Shown piece after piece: positions 20,882 through 31,997 of a stretch of 64,000 nt of DNA; position 1 is the stretch's first letter, and each line of letters begins with the position of its first letter. The translations under genes and the position numbers were made by a program. Under the pieces are notes generated by a model, which was not told the DNA's origin, searched no databases, and worked only from the letters and a program-made list of their open reading frames with translations. Source of the stretch: Ferruginibacter sp. (GTDB lineage Bacteria; Bacteroidota; Bacteroidia; Chitinophagales; Chitinophagaceae); assembly GCA_044342365.1 (NCBI GenBank), contig JBIIPY010000002.1:34711-98710 (forward strand), read 5' to 3'.

Positions 20882-22483
20882 ATGGCTCTGCACATGGTAG
20901 ACGATCCGCAGGATCAGGAAGAATATAATGACAATTCTGGTAATACAGGCGACTCAAGAAATACAGGGGGTAGCAGTAGCGGCGGATTGTTTTCACTGTT
21001 GCCCATGTTGTTTGGTTTATTTGGCAGAGGTGGTGGCGGTAAGGGTGGCGGAAAAGGGGGCCTGCTCCTCCTTTTGTTGATAGCAGGTGCTGCTTATTTT
21101 TTGTTCAACAAGGGCGGTGGCAGTGGCGGAGCAGTAAACAATATAGTACAAACCCTTTTTTCGCAAAGCGGGTACAGCTATGATCCTGAACAATTTCGGC
21201 AGGCCAGTGTGTATGAAGGTTTGGAAGACAACAACGCCAAAAATCCATTGCCAGAATCAATTTCATTAGCAGCGTATGCACCCCAACGAATGAACCAGGG
21301 CAAACAAGGCAGCTGTGTGGCATGGAGTGCAACCTATGCAGCCAGAACCATTCTGGAAGCCAGCGCCAGCAACGCTGATCCAAATTCTTTGGCTTATAGT
21401 CCTGCATTTATTTACAACAATATTGCGTTGGAAGATTGCCAGGGTAGCTACTTGCTAAATGCTATGAAGTTTATGCAAAAAGCAGGCGCGGTTCCTTTCC
21501 AGGATTTCCCTTACAATGAAAATGATTGCCGCAGACAAGCTACCAACACATTGTACCAAAAAGCAGCTGAAAATAAAATTCATGGCTTTCAGCGACTTAC
21601 AGAAACAGACAATGTAAATAACATCAATATCCGGGCCATCAAAGAACACCTTGCAAAAGATGCACCTGTGGTGATTGGCATGATGGTGGGTGGTTCTTTT
21701 ATGCAAGGCATGATGGGGCAAAAAGTATGGCGCCCTACTGGTGCAGACCGCCAACAGAGAGGATTTGGCGGCCATGCTATGTGTGTAATTGGTTACGACG
21801 ATCGGGTACAGGGTGGTGCATTTGAGATCATGAACAGTTGGGGACCCGAGTGGGGGCAAAATGGAATTGGATTTGTACGCTATGCCGATTTCAAAGAATT
21901 TGTGAGAGAAGCATACGGCATTGATCCCCTGCCAAAAAAAGGAGCTGCACTAAATACCGCCATGGAATGTTTGGTAGGTTTGGTGAGCAACGATACCCGA
22001 CAAAATATAGCACTAAAACCTTCGGGTTCTAACACTTACAAGACGGTGACGCCCATCAAAAAAGGAGCCCGCTTTAAAATAGAAATCAAAAACAATACTG
22101 CCTGCTACATTTACATTTTTACACCCGATGTAAATCAAAAAAGTTTTGTGTTGTTTCCATACAAACCCATTCATTCGCCTTATTGTGGTATCACTGGCTA
22201 CCGGTTGTTTCCAAAAAGCGAATCCATCATGGCAGATGATATTGGCAACAAAGAAGTGATGGGGATAGTGATCAGTAAAAAAGAGCTAGACTACAACGCC
22301 ATCAACAATGCCATCAACCAACAGTCGGGTGACAGCTATGCGCAACAATTGAATAGTGCTATTGGCAGTACCACCGACAAAAATGTACAATTCAGTGCGG
22401 GTGCAAATGGTTCGGTACAATTCAGGTCTTCTTCGGCAGACAATAGCGTGGTGTTAACTGTAGTGGAAATAGACAAACAATAA
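20882..22483 (+). CDS. Membrane-anchored papain-family (C1) cysteine peptidase with C-terminal DUF4384-like domain
   Basis: NQGKQGSCVAWS (Gln/Cys), GGHAMCVIGYDD (His) and IMNSWG (Asn); Gly-rich N-terminus with a hydrophobic anchor. Confidence 0.88.
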   Translation: MALHMVDDPQDQEEYNDNSGNTGDSRNTGGSSSGGLFSLLPMLFGLFGRGGGGKGGGKGGLLLLLLIAGAAYFLFNKGGGSGGAVNNIVQTLFSQSGYSYDPEQFRQASVYEGLEDNNAKNPLPESISLAAYAPQRMNQGKQGSCVAWSATYAARTILEASASNADPNSLAYSPAFIYNNIALEDCQGSYLLNAMKFMQKAGAVPFQDFPYNENDCRRQATNTLYQKAAENKIHGFQRLTETDNVNNINIRAIKEHLAKDAPVVIGMMVGGSFMQGMMGQKVWRPTGADRQQRGFGGHAMCVIGYDDRVQGGAFEIMNSWGPEWGQNGIGFVRYADFKEFVREAYGIDPLPKKGAALNTAMECLVGLVSNDTRQNIALKPSGSNTYKTVTPIKKGARFKIEIKNNTACYIYIFTPDVNQKSFVLFPYKPIHSPYCGITGYRLFPKSESIMADDIGNKEVMGIVISKKELDYNAINNAINQQSGDSYAQQLNSAIGSTTDKNVQFSAGANGSVQFRSSSADNSVVLTVVEIDKQ

Positions 22484-22530
22484 AAAGATCTTTTAAAAAT
22501 TTATAACAAATGTTGCTTTCAATTTAAGTC

Positions 22531-23019
22531 ATGACAAACGCCGAAAAATTTTTTGACCTGGTTAGGCATCCCATCAAATTTCGCTTTTTTTTATTGTCTA
22601 AATTACCCAGTGCTTTTTTTTCGGGTGTGCGTGTACGTTATGTAGATGAAGAAAAGTGTGAAGTATTGGTTCCATTTAAATGGTTTAGCCAGAATCCATT
22701 CCGAAGTACTTATTTCGCCTGTTTAAGCATGGCGGCGGAAATGAGTACAGGCTTGTTGGCGATGGCTCATACTTATCAACAAGACCCTGCTGTAAGCATG
22801 TTGGTGTTAAAACTAGAAGCCAATTTTGTAAAGAAAGCAACTGGTGTCACAAAATTTACCTGCGGGGATGGCCATTTGGTAAAACAGCTGGTAAGAGATG
22901 CTTACGCTTCTGGGAAGGCCACCACCGCCATTATGCGCAGTACCGGTATAAACAACAAAGGGGAAACAGTAGCCGAGTTTGCCATTACATGGACTTTTAA
23001 AGTAAAATCCAATGGATAG
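22531..23019 (+). CDS. DUF4442 / hotdog-fold thioesterase-like protein
   Basis: LPSAFFSGVRV, WFSQNPFRSTYFACLSMAAEMSTG and FVKKATG...FTC pattern. Confidence 0.75.
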   Translation: MTNAEKFFDLVRHPIKFRFFLLSKLPSAFFSGVRVRYVDEEKCEVLVPFKWFSQNPFRSTYFACLSMAAEMSTGLLAMAHTYQQDPAVSMLVLKLEANFVKKATGVTKFTCGDGHLVKQLVRDAYASGKATTAIMRSTGINNKGETVAEFAITWTFKVKSNG

Positions 23020-23163
23020 CCCTGTTTAGATCGGGCTGTTGTAAATGTTGTAAATTGCAGCCACAAGCATTTAGAATTTTTATTTAAATCAGGTGTCCTG
23101 GTTTAGTTCAGCATTGTAGCGTAAACAATTTGTTTCAAAAGTTGGCTGAATAAAAAAAACATT

Positions 23164-25503
23164 ATGGCAACAGAACTTCGAAAACAGCAGGCATTAGAAT
23201 ATCACGCAAAGGGCCGTCCGGGGAAAATAGAAGTTATTCCCACCAAAGAAGCAAAAACACAAAGAGATCTTTCGTTAGCATACTCTCCCGGAGTAGCAGA
23301 ACCCTGTAAAGAAATTGCAGCAAATCAAGAAAATGTTTATAAGTATACGGCAAAAGGAAACCTCGTAGGTGTAATTACCAATGGCACTGCTGTGTTAGGA
23401 CTAGGAAATATTGGACCCGAAGCCAGCAAACCAGTGATGGAAGGGAAAGCGGTACTGTTTAAAATTTTTGCAGATATCGATGTATTTGATATTGAGATCA
23501 ATGAAACCGATCCAGTGAAATTTGTGCAGATAGTAAAATCGCTCGAACCCACTTTTGGTGGCATAAACTTAGAAGACATCAAGGCGCCGGAATGCTTCTA
23601 CATTGAGCAGGAATTAAGGAAGCAATGTAATATTCCGGTGATGCATGACGACCAGCATGGTACTGCCATTATATCAGCAGCCGCGATGATCAATGCATTG
23701 GAACTGCAAAAGAAAAAAATTGACAAAGTGCGTTTTGTGGTGAATGGAGCAGGCGCAGCTGCCATGGCTTGTATAAAATTGTATGAAGAGTTAGGCGCAA
23801 AGTCAGCCAATTTTATGCTGTTTGATAAAGATGGTATTTTGTACAAAGGCCGACCAGATATTGAAGAAATGAAACATCGATTTTGTGTAGATGCAAAATT
23901 GAAAGACTACAAACTTACGCAGGCAATGAAAGATGCGGATGTGTTTTTGGGGTTGAGTGTAGGCAATGTGGTAACGCCAGAAATGATTAAATTGATGGCA
24001 AAAAATCCGATTGTATTTGCGATGGCAAATCCGGATCCTGAAATCAGTTATGAAGCAGCTGTGGCGGTGAGAAAAGACCTAATTATGGCTACTGGCAGAA
24101 GCGACTACCCTAACCAAGTGAACAATGTATTGGGCTTCCCATACATTTTTCGCGGAGCATTAGACGTGAGGGCAACGCAGATTAATGAAGCCATGAAGCT
24201 GGCAGCAGTGAAAGCGCTGGCGGCCTTGGCAAAAGAAGCGGTACCAGATATTGTAAACCTCGCTTACAATGACAACAATATTTCGTTTGGTGCAACCTAT
24301 ATTATTCCCAAGCCAATAGATCCAAGGTTATTGTCTACAGTTGCACCTGCGGTTGCCAAAGCTGCCATTGAAAGTGGTGCAGCCAGAACGATGATCACAG
24401 ATTGGGAGGGTTACAAAATTGAGTTGGATAAAAGGTTGGGCATAGATAACCAACTGAGCAGGGTGATTGGAGCCAAAGCCAGGAAACAACCCAAACGTGT
24501 GGTGTTTGCAGATGCAGAAAATGCGAAGATTCTGAAAGCAGCACAATTGGTGTTGGATGAAGGTGTGGGTTTCCCCATCTTGTTGGGTAATGAAAAAAAG
24601 ATCAGAGAGATGGCAGAGGCACAGGCCATAGATTTGGAAGGCATGCCAATTATAGATCCAAAAGACGAAGAATCGGAAGAACTGCGTAAGCAATTTGGAG
24701 AATTGTTTTTTGTGAAGCGCCAACGCAAAGGGGTGAACCGTTATGAAGCTCCGAAAATTATGAAGGAGCGCAACCATTTTGGGGCAATGATGGTAGAAAC
24801 AGGTATGGCAGATTGTATGATCAGTGGATTGAGTAGAAATTATCCTGATACCATCAAACCTGCCATTCAAATAATAGGAACAGAGCCTGGCGTTAAAAAA
24901 ATTGCAGGTATGTATTTGTTGTTTACCAAAAGAGGTCCTCTTTTTTTAGCAGATACCACTGTAAACTTCAACCCTACTGCTGAAGAACTGGCTGAAATTA
25001 CCCTGATGGTAGCCAAAGAAGTGCGGAATTTTAACATCGTTCCTAGGATAGCGATGTTGTCCTACTCCAATTTTGGAAGCAGTAATTCTGAAGAAGCCAA
25101 TTTGGTAAGAAGAGCCCGTACGATTGTAAAACAGAAAGATGCCAATTTAATTTGCGATGGTGAAATGCAAGGAATACTGGCTTTTAACAAGGATATCCTG
25201 AAAGAAAATTACCCCTTTACAGAATTGGCCAATGGGGATGTAAATACGCTCATTTTCCCCAATTTGGCCGCAGGTAATATTGCATACAATTTATTGCAGG
25301 AAGTAGGCGGTGCTGACAGCATCGGCCCTATTCTATTAGGCCTAAATAAACCGGTACACGTATTGCAGTTGGGTAGTTCAATACGTAGTATCTTTAACAT
25401 GGTGGTAATAGCTGTGATAGATGCACAGGTGAAGTCGAAAACCAATGCGATTGAAGAAATGAAAAAAAGCAAATGGTGGCAACGCGGTCGAAAAAAAGCT
25501 TAA
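23164..25503 (+). CDS. maeB: NADP-dependent malic enzyme with PTA-like domain
   Basis: [63 protein letters not shown] and a C-terminal phosphotransacetylase-like domain. Confidence 0.97.
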   Translation: MATELRKQQALEYHAKGRPGKIEVIPTKEAKTQRDLSLAYSPGVAEPCKEIAANQENVYKYTAKGNLVGVITNGTAVLGLGNIGPEASKPVMEGKAVLFKIFADIDVFDIEINETDPVKFVQIVKSLEPTFGGINLEDIKAPECFYIEQELRKQCNIPVMHDDQHGTAIISAAAMINALELQKKKIDKVRFVVNGAGAAAMACIKLYEELGAKSANFMLFDKDGILYKGRPDIEEMKHRFCVDAKLKDYKLTQAMKDADVFLGLSVGNVVTPEMIKLMAKNPIVFAMANPDPEISYEAAVAVRKDLIMATGRSDYPNQVNNVLGFPYIFRGALDVRATQINEAMKLAAVKALAALAKEAVPDIVNLAYNDNNISFGATYIIPKPIDPRLLSTVAPAVAKAAIESGAARTMITDWEGYKIELDKRLGIDNQLSRVIGAKARKQPKRVVFADAENAKILKAAQLVLDEGVGFPILLGNEKKIREMAEAQAIDLEGMPIIDPKDEESEELRKQFGELFFVKRQRKGVNRYEAPKIMKERNHFGAMMVETGMADCMISGLSRNYPDTIKPAIQIIGTEPGVKKIAGMYLLFTKRGPLFLADTTVNFNPTAEELAEITLMVAKEVRNFNIVPRIAMLSYSNFGSSNSEEANLVRRARTIVKQKDANLICDGEMQGILAFNKDILKENYPFTELANGDVNTLIFPNLAAGNIAYNLLQEVGGADSIGPILLGLNKPVHVLQLGSSIRSIFNMVVIAVIDAQVKSKTNAIEEMKKSKWWQRGRKKA

Positions 25504-25536
25504 GCAAACCCTTTTACAAATAGGTAAAATAACCCA

Positions 25537-26274
25537 ATGAATTTTTTTACACATTTCGGAAAGTACATCCTCATGCTCAAAGGCATGTTTAGTAAACCGG
25601 AAAACGCCAAACTATACTGGAAAGAATTCATGCACCAATGTTCAGATATTGGCATTGGTTCTCTGGGCATTGTATCCATTATATCTGTATTTATGGGTGC
25701 GGTAAGTACGGTACAAACAGCGTATCAGCTTGTATCCCCATTAATTGCAAAAACAGCCATTGCACAAATTGTTAGAGACACTGTAATTCTTGAATTTGCA
25801 CCCACTTTGGTTTGTATAGTTCTGGCAGGTGTGGTAGGTAGTAAAATTGCAAGTGAACTGGGTAATATGAGGGTAAGTGAACAAATTGATGCTTTGGAAA
25901 TTATGGGAATAAATACCAAAACATTTTTAATTATGCCTAAAATTCTGGCGGCAATCATTACCATTCCAATGTTGGTTGTTATGGCCATGGTTTTGGGAAT
26001 TTATGGAGGGCGTTTAGCAGGTTCCACAGCGGGTATACTATCAACCGAAACTTTCGACAGAGGATTAGCGGAGGGATTCATGCCATTTAACGTAACGTTC
26101 TCTCTCATCAAGGCATACACATTTGCATTTATTATTAGCTCTATCCCTGCTTATTATGGCTATTATGTAAAAGGGGGTGCTTTGGAAATAGGAAGATCCA
26201 GCACAAAATCTGTAGTAGTAAGTTGTATTATGATTTTGTTGGCAGATTATGCATTGGCCGCTTTGCTCTTGTAA
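25537..26274 (+). CDS. mlaE: MlaE-family ABC transporter permease
   Basis: EFAPTLVCIVLAGVVGSKIASELGNMRVSEQIDALEIMG and GRSSTKSVV. Confidence 0.92.
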   Translation: MNFFTHFGKYILMLKGMFSKPENAKLYWKEFMHQCSDIGIGSLGIVSIISVFMGAVSTVQTAYQLVSPLIAKTAIAQIVRDTVILEFAPTLVCIVLAGVVGSKIASELGNMRVSEQIDALEIMGINTKTFLIMPKILAAIITIPMLVVMAMVLGIYGGRLAGSTAGILSTETFDRGLAEGFMPFNVTFSLIKAYTFAFIISSIPAYYGYYVKGGALEIGRSSTKSVVVSCIMILLADYALAALLL

Positions 26275-26301
26275 CCATATTTATGAACCGTAATTGCAAT
26301 C

Positions 26302-27099
26302 ATGATTGAATTTAACAATATCAAAAAAAGTTTTGGAGACAAGGTTGTGCTTGATGGGGTGAGTCATGTGATGGAAACCGGTAAAACCAACCTCATTATT
26401 GGCACCAGTGGAAGTGGAAAAACGGTGTTGCAAAAATGTTTGGTGGGCTTGTTTGAACCCGATGAAGGGGAGATCATCTACGACGGTGTGAGTTTTACCG
26501 ACATGACCAATGAAGAACGAAAAATGTTGCGCCAACAAGTGGGGATGCTGTTTCAGGGTTCTGCTTTGTTTGACAGTATGACGGTAGAAGAAAACATCAT
26601 GTTTCCCTTAAGCATGTTTACCAATGATGGTTATGAAAAAAAGTTGAAGCGGGTGAATGAGGTATTAGACAGGGTAAACCTAGTAGATGCCAATAAAAAA
26701 TTTCCTGCAGAAATAAGTGGTGGGATGAAAAAAAGGGTGGGTATTGCAAGAGCCGTGGTTCTAAATCCAAAATATCTTTTTTGCGATGAGCCCAACTCTG
26801 GATTAGATCCTCAAACTTCTATGGTAATTGATAAGCTCATCAAGGAACTTACTATTGAATACAATATGACCACCATCATCAACACCCACGACATGAACAG
26901 CGTGATGGAGATTGGGGATAATATTTTGTACATGGTGCTGGGAAAAAAAGAGTGGAGCGGAAACAGTGAAGAAATTATTTTTTCGGAAAACAAACTACTC
27001 AATGAGTTTATATTTGCATCCGAGTTTTTACAAGATGCTAAGAACATGCGTATGATGCAGGCCAAAGGCGAGATTGATGAGGATGGGAATATTGCATGA
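26302..27099 (+). CDS. mlaF: MlaF-family ABC ATPase
   Basis: Walker A GTSGSGKT, GMLFQGSALFDSMTV, signature ISGGMKKRVGIARA and DEPNSGLDP; directly follows mlaE. Confidence 0.9.
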   Translation: MIEFNNIKKSFGDKVVLDGVSHVMETGKTNLIIGTSGSGKTVLQKCLVGLFEPDEGEIIYDGVSFTDMTNEERKMLRQQVGMLFQGSALFDSMTVEENIMFPLSMFTNDGYEKKLKRVNEVLDRVNLVDANKKFPAEISGGMKKRVGIARAVVLNPKYLFCDEPNSGLDPQTSMVIDKLIKELTIEYNMTTIINTHDMNSVMEIGDNILYMVLGKKEWSGNSEEIIFSENKLLNEFIFASEFLQDAKNMRMMQAKGEIDEDGNIA

Positions 27100-27147
27100 T
27101 TAGAATTAACATTATACCAACTAACTAATATAGAAAAAGTAATTTTT

Positions 27148-27888
27148 ATGGGAATACTTAAGGATTTAAAAAAAGTGCTGAAATTAACGAATGAAGATAC
27201 TGGGATTTTACCTAAAGATTTTGAACCGCATCATGTGAACATTTTTAAAAAAGTTCAGCCTTATACCATGACAAGTGCAGAAAGGATATACGCTCTTATT
27301 GAGGCAGTCAACTATATCTCCAAACACAATGTAGAAGGAGCTATTGTAGAGTGTGGCGTATGGAAAGGCGGAAGCATGTTGGCGGTAGCGGAAACGTTGA
27401 CTAGCCTTCAAAGATCAGACAGACTATTGTACCTCTACGATACTTATGAAGGAATGCCTGCACCCACAGAACACGATCAGGATTTTACAGGTAAAGATGC
27501 AGAAAGTATCCTCAATAAAAACCATAACAAAGAAGAAAATCTTGTTTGGGCTTATTCACCCTTAGGTACGGTTCAAAAAACACTTTCAATGTCTTCATAT
27601 ATTCAAGAAAATATCAAATATGTAGTGGGTAAAGTTGAGGACACCATACCTGCAGACATTCCAGAAAAAATTGCATTACTCAGACTTGATACCGATTGGT
27701 ATGAATCTACCAAACACGAACTCATTCATTTATTTCCAAGGTTACAAAAGGGGGGGGTTCTTATAATTGATGATTATGGTTTTTGGAAGGGAGCAAGAAA
27801 AGCGGTTGACGAATACTTTGCAGAAAATAATATTCAAATATTACTCAATAGAATTGATGATACAGGTAGAATGGCCATTAAACTGTAA
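27148..27888 (+). CDS. TylF/MycF/NovP-family O-methyltransferase
   Basis: VECGVWKGGS, LYDTYEG, LLRLDTDWYEST and GGVLIIDDYG. Confidence 0.92.
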   Translation: MGILKDLKKVLKLTNEDTGILPKDFEPHHVNIFKKVQPYTMTSAERIYALIEAVNYISKHNVEGAIVECGVWKGGSMLAVAETLTSLQRSDRLLYLYDTYEGMPAPTEHDQDFTGKDAESILNKNHNKEENLVWAYSPLGTVQKTLSMSSYIQENIKYVVGKVEDTIPADIPEKIALLRLDTDWYESTKHELIHLFPRLQKGGVLIIDDYGFWKGARKAVDEYFAENNIQILLNRIDDTGRMAIKL

Positions 27889-27894
27889 TTCACT

Positions 27895-28605
27895 ATGTCT
27901 ATTACAACAAAAGTTCCATACGATTTCAATCCCGACCTCAGACATCCCTCCTTTATTATCAGAAACGGATTGTACCAAGCCGTAAAAAAATACGCTCCAA
28001 GATTATCCGGTAACTTGATGGATCTTGGTTGTGGTACAAAACCATATCAATCGCTGTTTAATGTTGAAAGTTATATAGGGGTTGATTATGCCAGCGAAGG
28101 ACATCCTCACGACAAGGAGGATATTGATGTGTATTACGACGGCATCACACTTCCCTTCCCCAACCAACATTTTGATGCAGTATTTAGCAGCGAAGTGTTT
28201 GAACACGTCTTCAACTTAGAACAACTTCTCCCAGAAGTGAATAGGGTGATGAAAACCGGAGCAAAAATTTTGGTTACCTGCCCATTTGTAATTTGCGAAC
28301 ACGAAGTTCCCAATGATTATGCCCGTTACACTTCTTTTGCAATTAAACATTTGTTTGAAAAAAATGGATTTAGCGTATTGAACTACGAAAAAACGGGCAC
28401 ATATGTAACAGCCATTATGCAACTCAGAATTATGTATATGCACCAACATGTATTGCCTATTTTTAGGAAGATTCCTTTGGTACGATCTGGATTAAGATTG
28501 ATCGTTTATACAGGAATGAACATCTGTGCATTGATCAAAAACAAGCTACTTCCAAAAAAGACAGACCTTTATTTAAACAATGTGATAGTTTGCGAAAAAA
28601 TTTAA
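27895..28605 (+). CDS. Class I SAM-dependent methyltransferase
   Basis: MDLGCGTKPY, FDAVFSSEVFEHV and HEVPNDYARYT. Confidence 0.88.
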   Translation: MSITTKVPYDFNPDLRHPSFIIRNGLYQAVKKYAPRLSGNLMDLGCGTKPYQSLFNVESYIGVDYASEGHPHDKEDIDVYYDGITLPFPNQHFDAVFSSEVFEHVFNLEQLLPEVNRVMKTGAKILVTCPFVICEHEVPNDYARYTSFAIKHLFEKNGFSVLNYEKTGTYVTAIMQLRIMYMHQHVLPIFRKIPLVRSGLRLIVYTGMNICALIKNKLLPKKTDLYLNNVIVCEKI

Positions 28606-28608
28606 TTA

Positions 28609-29754
28609 ATGAAAATAGCAGTCGTTTCAATGATACATGAGCCCTGGGGAGGAAGTGAAGAGCTCTGGGCTTCAATGGCTGATAATGCATTGGATATGGA
28701 GCATGTGATTTTTCATTCAACACTTTCACCAGACCCTTTGCATCCAAAGCTGAATAGCCTAATTAACAGGGGAATGCAGCAAACAAAAAGAAGGGGGCTA
28801 GTTTCTCCTGGAACAAAAAGAATAAAAAGAATTTTTTACAAAATAATCTGGTTTGTAATAAACAAATTCATCAGCAATCCCTTTTCTGCTATTTTTAAAA
28901 CAACACAAGATATTGTAGTTTATAACGGCACCTGTTATTCAATTGCTGACGATGAAGCACTCTTGAAAAAAGTAGATCAACATAAAACAAGGTTCTTCAT
29001 CATTGCTCACTATAATATTGACAATCAAAGAATGATTAGTGAATATGAATGTGAAAAAATAAAATTAGCTTACAAAAAAGCAGAAAGTGTATTTTTTGTA
29101 TCGGAAAGAAATCTAGCCACTGCAAGAAGACAATTAATTGATCCAATTTTAAATGCAAAGATTATTCGAAATCCAGTAAACCTAGCTTCCACGGAAATTG
29201 TTCCATACCCCAAGGAATCAGTTACACAATTTGCAATGGTGGGCAATTTGCTAGTAAATCATAAAGGACAGGATCTGATACTTGAAGTTTTAAGCAAAAA
29301 CATATGGAAAGCTAGAGATTGGCATTTGAATATTTACGGTAATGGTAGAGACAAAGTTTACCTAGAAGCGTTAATTGAAATGTACGGGTTGAAAAACAGC
29401 ATTACCTTTCACGGAAGAGTTACTGACATAAGAAAAGTTTGGAGCAACAACCATTTATTACTCATGCCATCCTTCATGGAAGGTATGCCCCTTGCAGTTG
29501 TAGAAGCCATGATCTGCGGCAGACCGGCCTTGGTAACAGATGTAGGGGGCCATACAGAATGGATCACGGATGGTATAGAAGGATTTGTGGCACCCGCAGC
29601 TTCCGTTGCAGCATTTGAAAAAACAATGGAAATTTGCTGGGAACAAAAAGATAACTGGGAACAAATTGGAATGGCTGCTCACAAAAGAGCTTTGCAGTTA
29701 TACGACCCAAACCCCGGACAAACTTTGCTGGATTTGATGACACAAAAAAAATGA
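28609..29754 (+). CDS. GT4 (GT-B) glycosyltransferase
   Basis: EPWGGSEELW and LMPSFMEGMPLAVVEAMICGRPALVTDVGG (EX7E). Confidence 0.9.
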   Translation: MKIAVVSMIHEPWGGSEELWASMADNALDMEHVIFHSTLSPDPLHPKLNSLINRGMQQTKRRGLVSPGTKRIKRIFYKIIWFVINKFISNPFSAIFKTTQDIVVYNGTCYSIADDEALLKKVDQHKTRFFIIAHYNIDNQRMISEYECEKIKLAYKKAESVFFVSERNLATARRQLIDPILNAKIIRNPVNLASTEIVPYPKESVTQFAMVGNLLVNHKGQDLILEVLSKNIWKARDWHLNIYGNGRDKVYLEALIEMYGLKNSITFHGRVTDIRKVWSNNHLLLMPSFMEGMPLAVVEAMICGRPALVTDVGGHTEWITDGIEGFVAPAASVAAFEKTMEICWEQKDNWEQIGMAAHKRALQLYDPNPGQTLLDLMTQKK

Positions 29755-30872
29755 TCTTGAAAAAAATTCTTTTCATATTTGGCACTAGGCCAGAAGCCAT
29801 TAAGATGGCACCATTGATTGCTGCTTGCAAACTACAACCTCAATGGTGGGATTGCAAAGTCTGCATCACCGGGCAACACAAAGAAATGTTGCAACAGGTA
29901 TTGGATTTTTTTAAGATTGAAGCCGATCACGACTTGGCATTGATGAAACACAACCAAACACTGTTCGATATTACCGCTGATGCCCTTAAAGGTTTACAAG
30001 GAATTCTATCTACTGAAAAACCTGACGTAGTAGTTGTACAAGGAGATACCACTACCGCTTTTGTGGGAGCCCTTGCGGCCTTCTACTTAAAAATAAAAGT
30101 AGCGCATGTAGAGGCAGGACTCAGAAGTGGCGACAAACAATCTCCTTTTCCAGAAGAAGTGAACAGAAAATTAGTAGGGGTGATAGCAGATTATCATTTT
30201 GCACCTACACCAAAAGCTGCCGAAAACCTACGAATTGAACAGATTACCAAAGATGTATTTGTAACCGGTAATACCGTCATTGATGCATTGCTTTGGGGGG
30301 TGTCTATTGTAAAGAACAATCCAACCTATGCAGCAACATTTTCTTTTTTAGATCCAAACAAAAAAGTGATTCTCGTTACTGGCCACCGCAGAGAAAGTTT
30401 TGGAGCACCTTTCGAAAATATTTGCAAGGCCATTGCTTTTATCGCAAATAAATACAACGACAGCGTTCAAGTTGTTTACCCGGTTCATCTGAACCCACAA
30501 GTGCAGGAACCGGTAAACAGATTGTTAACTGGAATGAACAATGTACATTTAATTGCACCTTTAGATTATCCTCATTTACTTTGGTTACTCGAAAAAAGTT
30601 ACATCGTACTCACAGATTCTGGTGGCATTCAGGAAGAAGCGCCCTCATTGGGAAAACCAGTGTTGGTAATGAGGGTCGTTACAGAACGCGTTGAAGGCAT
30701 AGAAGCTGGAACAGCTGAACTGGTAGGTACCAATGCAGATCTAATCATTGAAAGAATGGAAGCCTTGCTCACAAATGAACAATTATACCAGCAAATGAGC
30801 ACAGCCACCAACCCATATGGCGATGGCAACTCCGCAAGCAATATCTTAGCAATTTTACAAAACCTTCCATAA
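29751..30872 (+). CDS. wecB: UDP-N-acetylglucosamine 2-epimerase (non-hydrolysing)
   Basis: FGTRPEAIKMAP, VQGDTTT, HVEAGLRS, TGHRRES, DSGGIQEEAPSLGKP and NPYGDG. Confidence 0.97.
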   Translation: MILKKILFIFGTRPEAIKMAPLIAACKLQPQWWDCKVCITGQHKEMLQQVLDFFKIEADHDLALMKHNQTLFDITADALKGLQGILSTEKPDVVVVQGDTTTAFVGALAAFYLKIKVAHVEAGLRSGDKQSPFPEEVNRKLVGVIADYHFAPTPKAAENLRIEQITKDVFVTGNTVIDALLWGVSIVKNNPTYAATFSFLDPNKKVILVTGHRRESFGAPFENICKAIAFIANKYNDSVQVVYPVHLNPQVQEPVNRLLTGMNNVHLIAPLDYPHLLWLLEKSYIVLTDSGGIQEEAPSLGKPVLVMRVVTERVEGIEAGTAELVGTNADLIIERMEALLTNEQLYQQMSTATNPYGDGNSASNILAILQNLP

Positions 30873-30876
30873 CTCC

Positions 30877-31812
30877 ATGTCAGCATTAGTATCGATCATA
30901 TTACCCACATACAATGGAGAAAAATACATACGTACTTCGGTAGAAAGTTGTTTGAACCAAACGTACACCAACATAGAGCTCATTATCGTAAACGATTGTT
31001 CCAAAGACAATACGCTGGCTATTGCAGAAGCTTATGCAAAACAAGATACCCGCGTTAAAGTCATTAACAATCCCATCAATAAAAAATTACCCTTATCCTT
31101 AAACGAAGGTTTTAAACACGCTACTGGAGCCTATTACACCTGGACTTCTGATGACAATTATTACAGCCCAATAGCGATAGAGACCATGGTAAATAGCTTA
31201 GAAAAAACTGGTAAAGACTTGCTGTATGCTAATTACAAAATCATTGATGATGAAGGAAAAGTAACCGATGAAAAATGGTTTGGCAACATCAACGAAAGTT
31301 TCGTAAAATGGCTAGGTTGCGGTGCATGTTTTCTTTATAAAAAAGAAGTGCACGAACGCAACAACGGCTACGACCCCTCTACATTTTTAATTGAGGACTA
31401 CGACTTTTTTCTTCGAGCGTTTTTTCACAGCACTTTCGAATACCTACCACAACAAGATTTATATTTTTACAGGCATCATGGCGGTTCACTTACTTCCTCT
31501 ATGTCGGACGCAGTGTTTGAGATGCAAAAAATATTTGTCGAAAAAAAAATGCCGCTCCTGCTTCCCAAATTATCAAAGCAAGACCATGTATTACTTTTTA
31601 GGAAATACGCAGTGTACAACGCTTTGTATAAAAACAATGCAGATAAATCCTATTACTACTTAGCGCAGCTTCAACAGTTATCTACCGCTCAGGCATTCAT
31701 CACCGTAACCTACATCGCTGTAAAAAAAGCGATCTACTGGTTTCGGATAGTCCCTTTCCTGTTTTTCTCTTTTTTCAAATTACTTTTTACCCAAAAAGGC
31801 GGCAAGAAATAA
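30877..31812 (+). CDS. GT2 (GT-A) glycosyltransferase
   Basis: LVSIILPTYNGE, ELIIVNDCSKD, YYTWTSDDN (DXD-like) and EDYDFFLR. Confidence 0.92.
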   Translation: MSALVSIILPTYNGEKYIRTSVESCLNQTYTNIELIIVNDCSKDNTLAIAEAYAKQDTRVKVINNPINKKLPLSLNEGFKHATGAYYTWTSDDNYYSPIAIETMVNSLEKTGKDLLYANYKIIDDEGKVTDEKWFGNINESFVKWLGCGACFLYKKEVHERNNGYDPSTFLIEDYDFFLRAFFHSTFEYLPQQDLYFYRHHGGSLTSSMSDAVFEMQKIFVEKKMPLLLPKLSKQDHVLLFRKYAVYNALYKNNADKSYYYLAQLQQLSTAQAFITVTYIAVKKAIYWFRIVPFLFFSFFKLLFTQKGGKK

Positions 31813-31997
31813 ACAACCCAGTTCAATTTCATTCATTGAATAATTTAGTGGGTTATGATAAAAATAGCTTCTATAAAATTTAGCGTTGTTGGCTAGTATG
31901 CTTCCACAAGCGGATATCATTCATCAAAACAGTGCTTCACAGCAGTATTTTAAGTAAAATACCCTTAAATTGCTTCACGTAATCTAAAAAGATATTT

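Noticed and set aside
25537-27099. mlaE-mlaF without mlaD
   Set aside because: This is a common arrangement in this phylum and gives no sign of decay.
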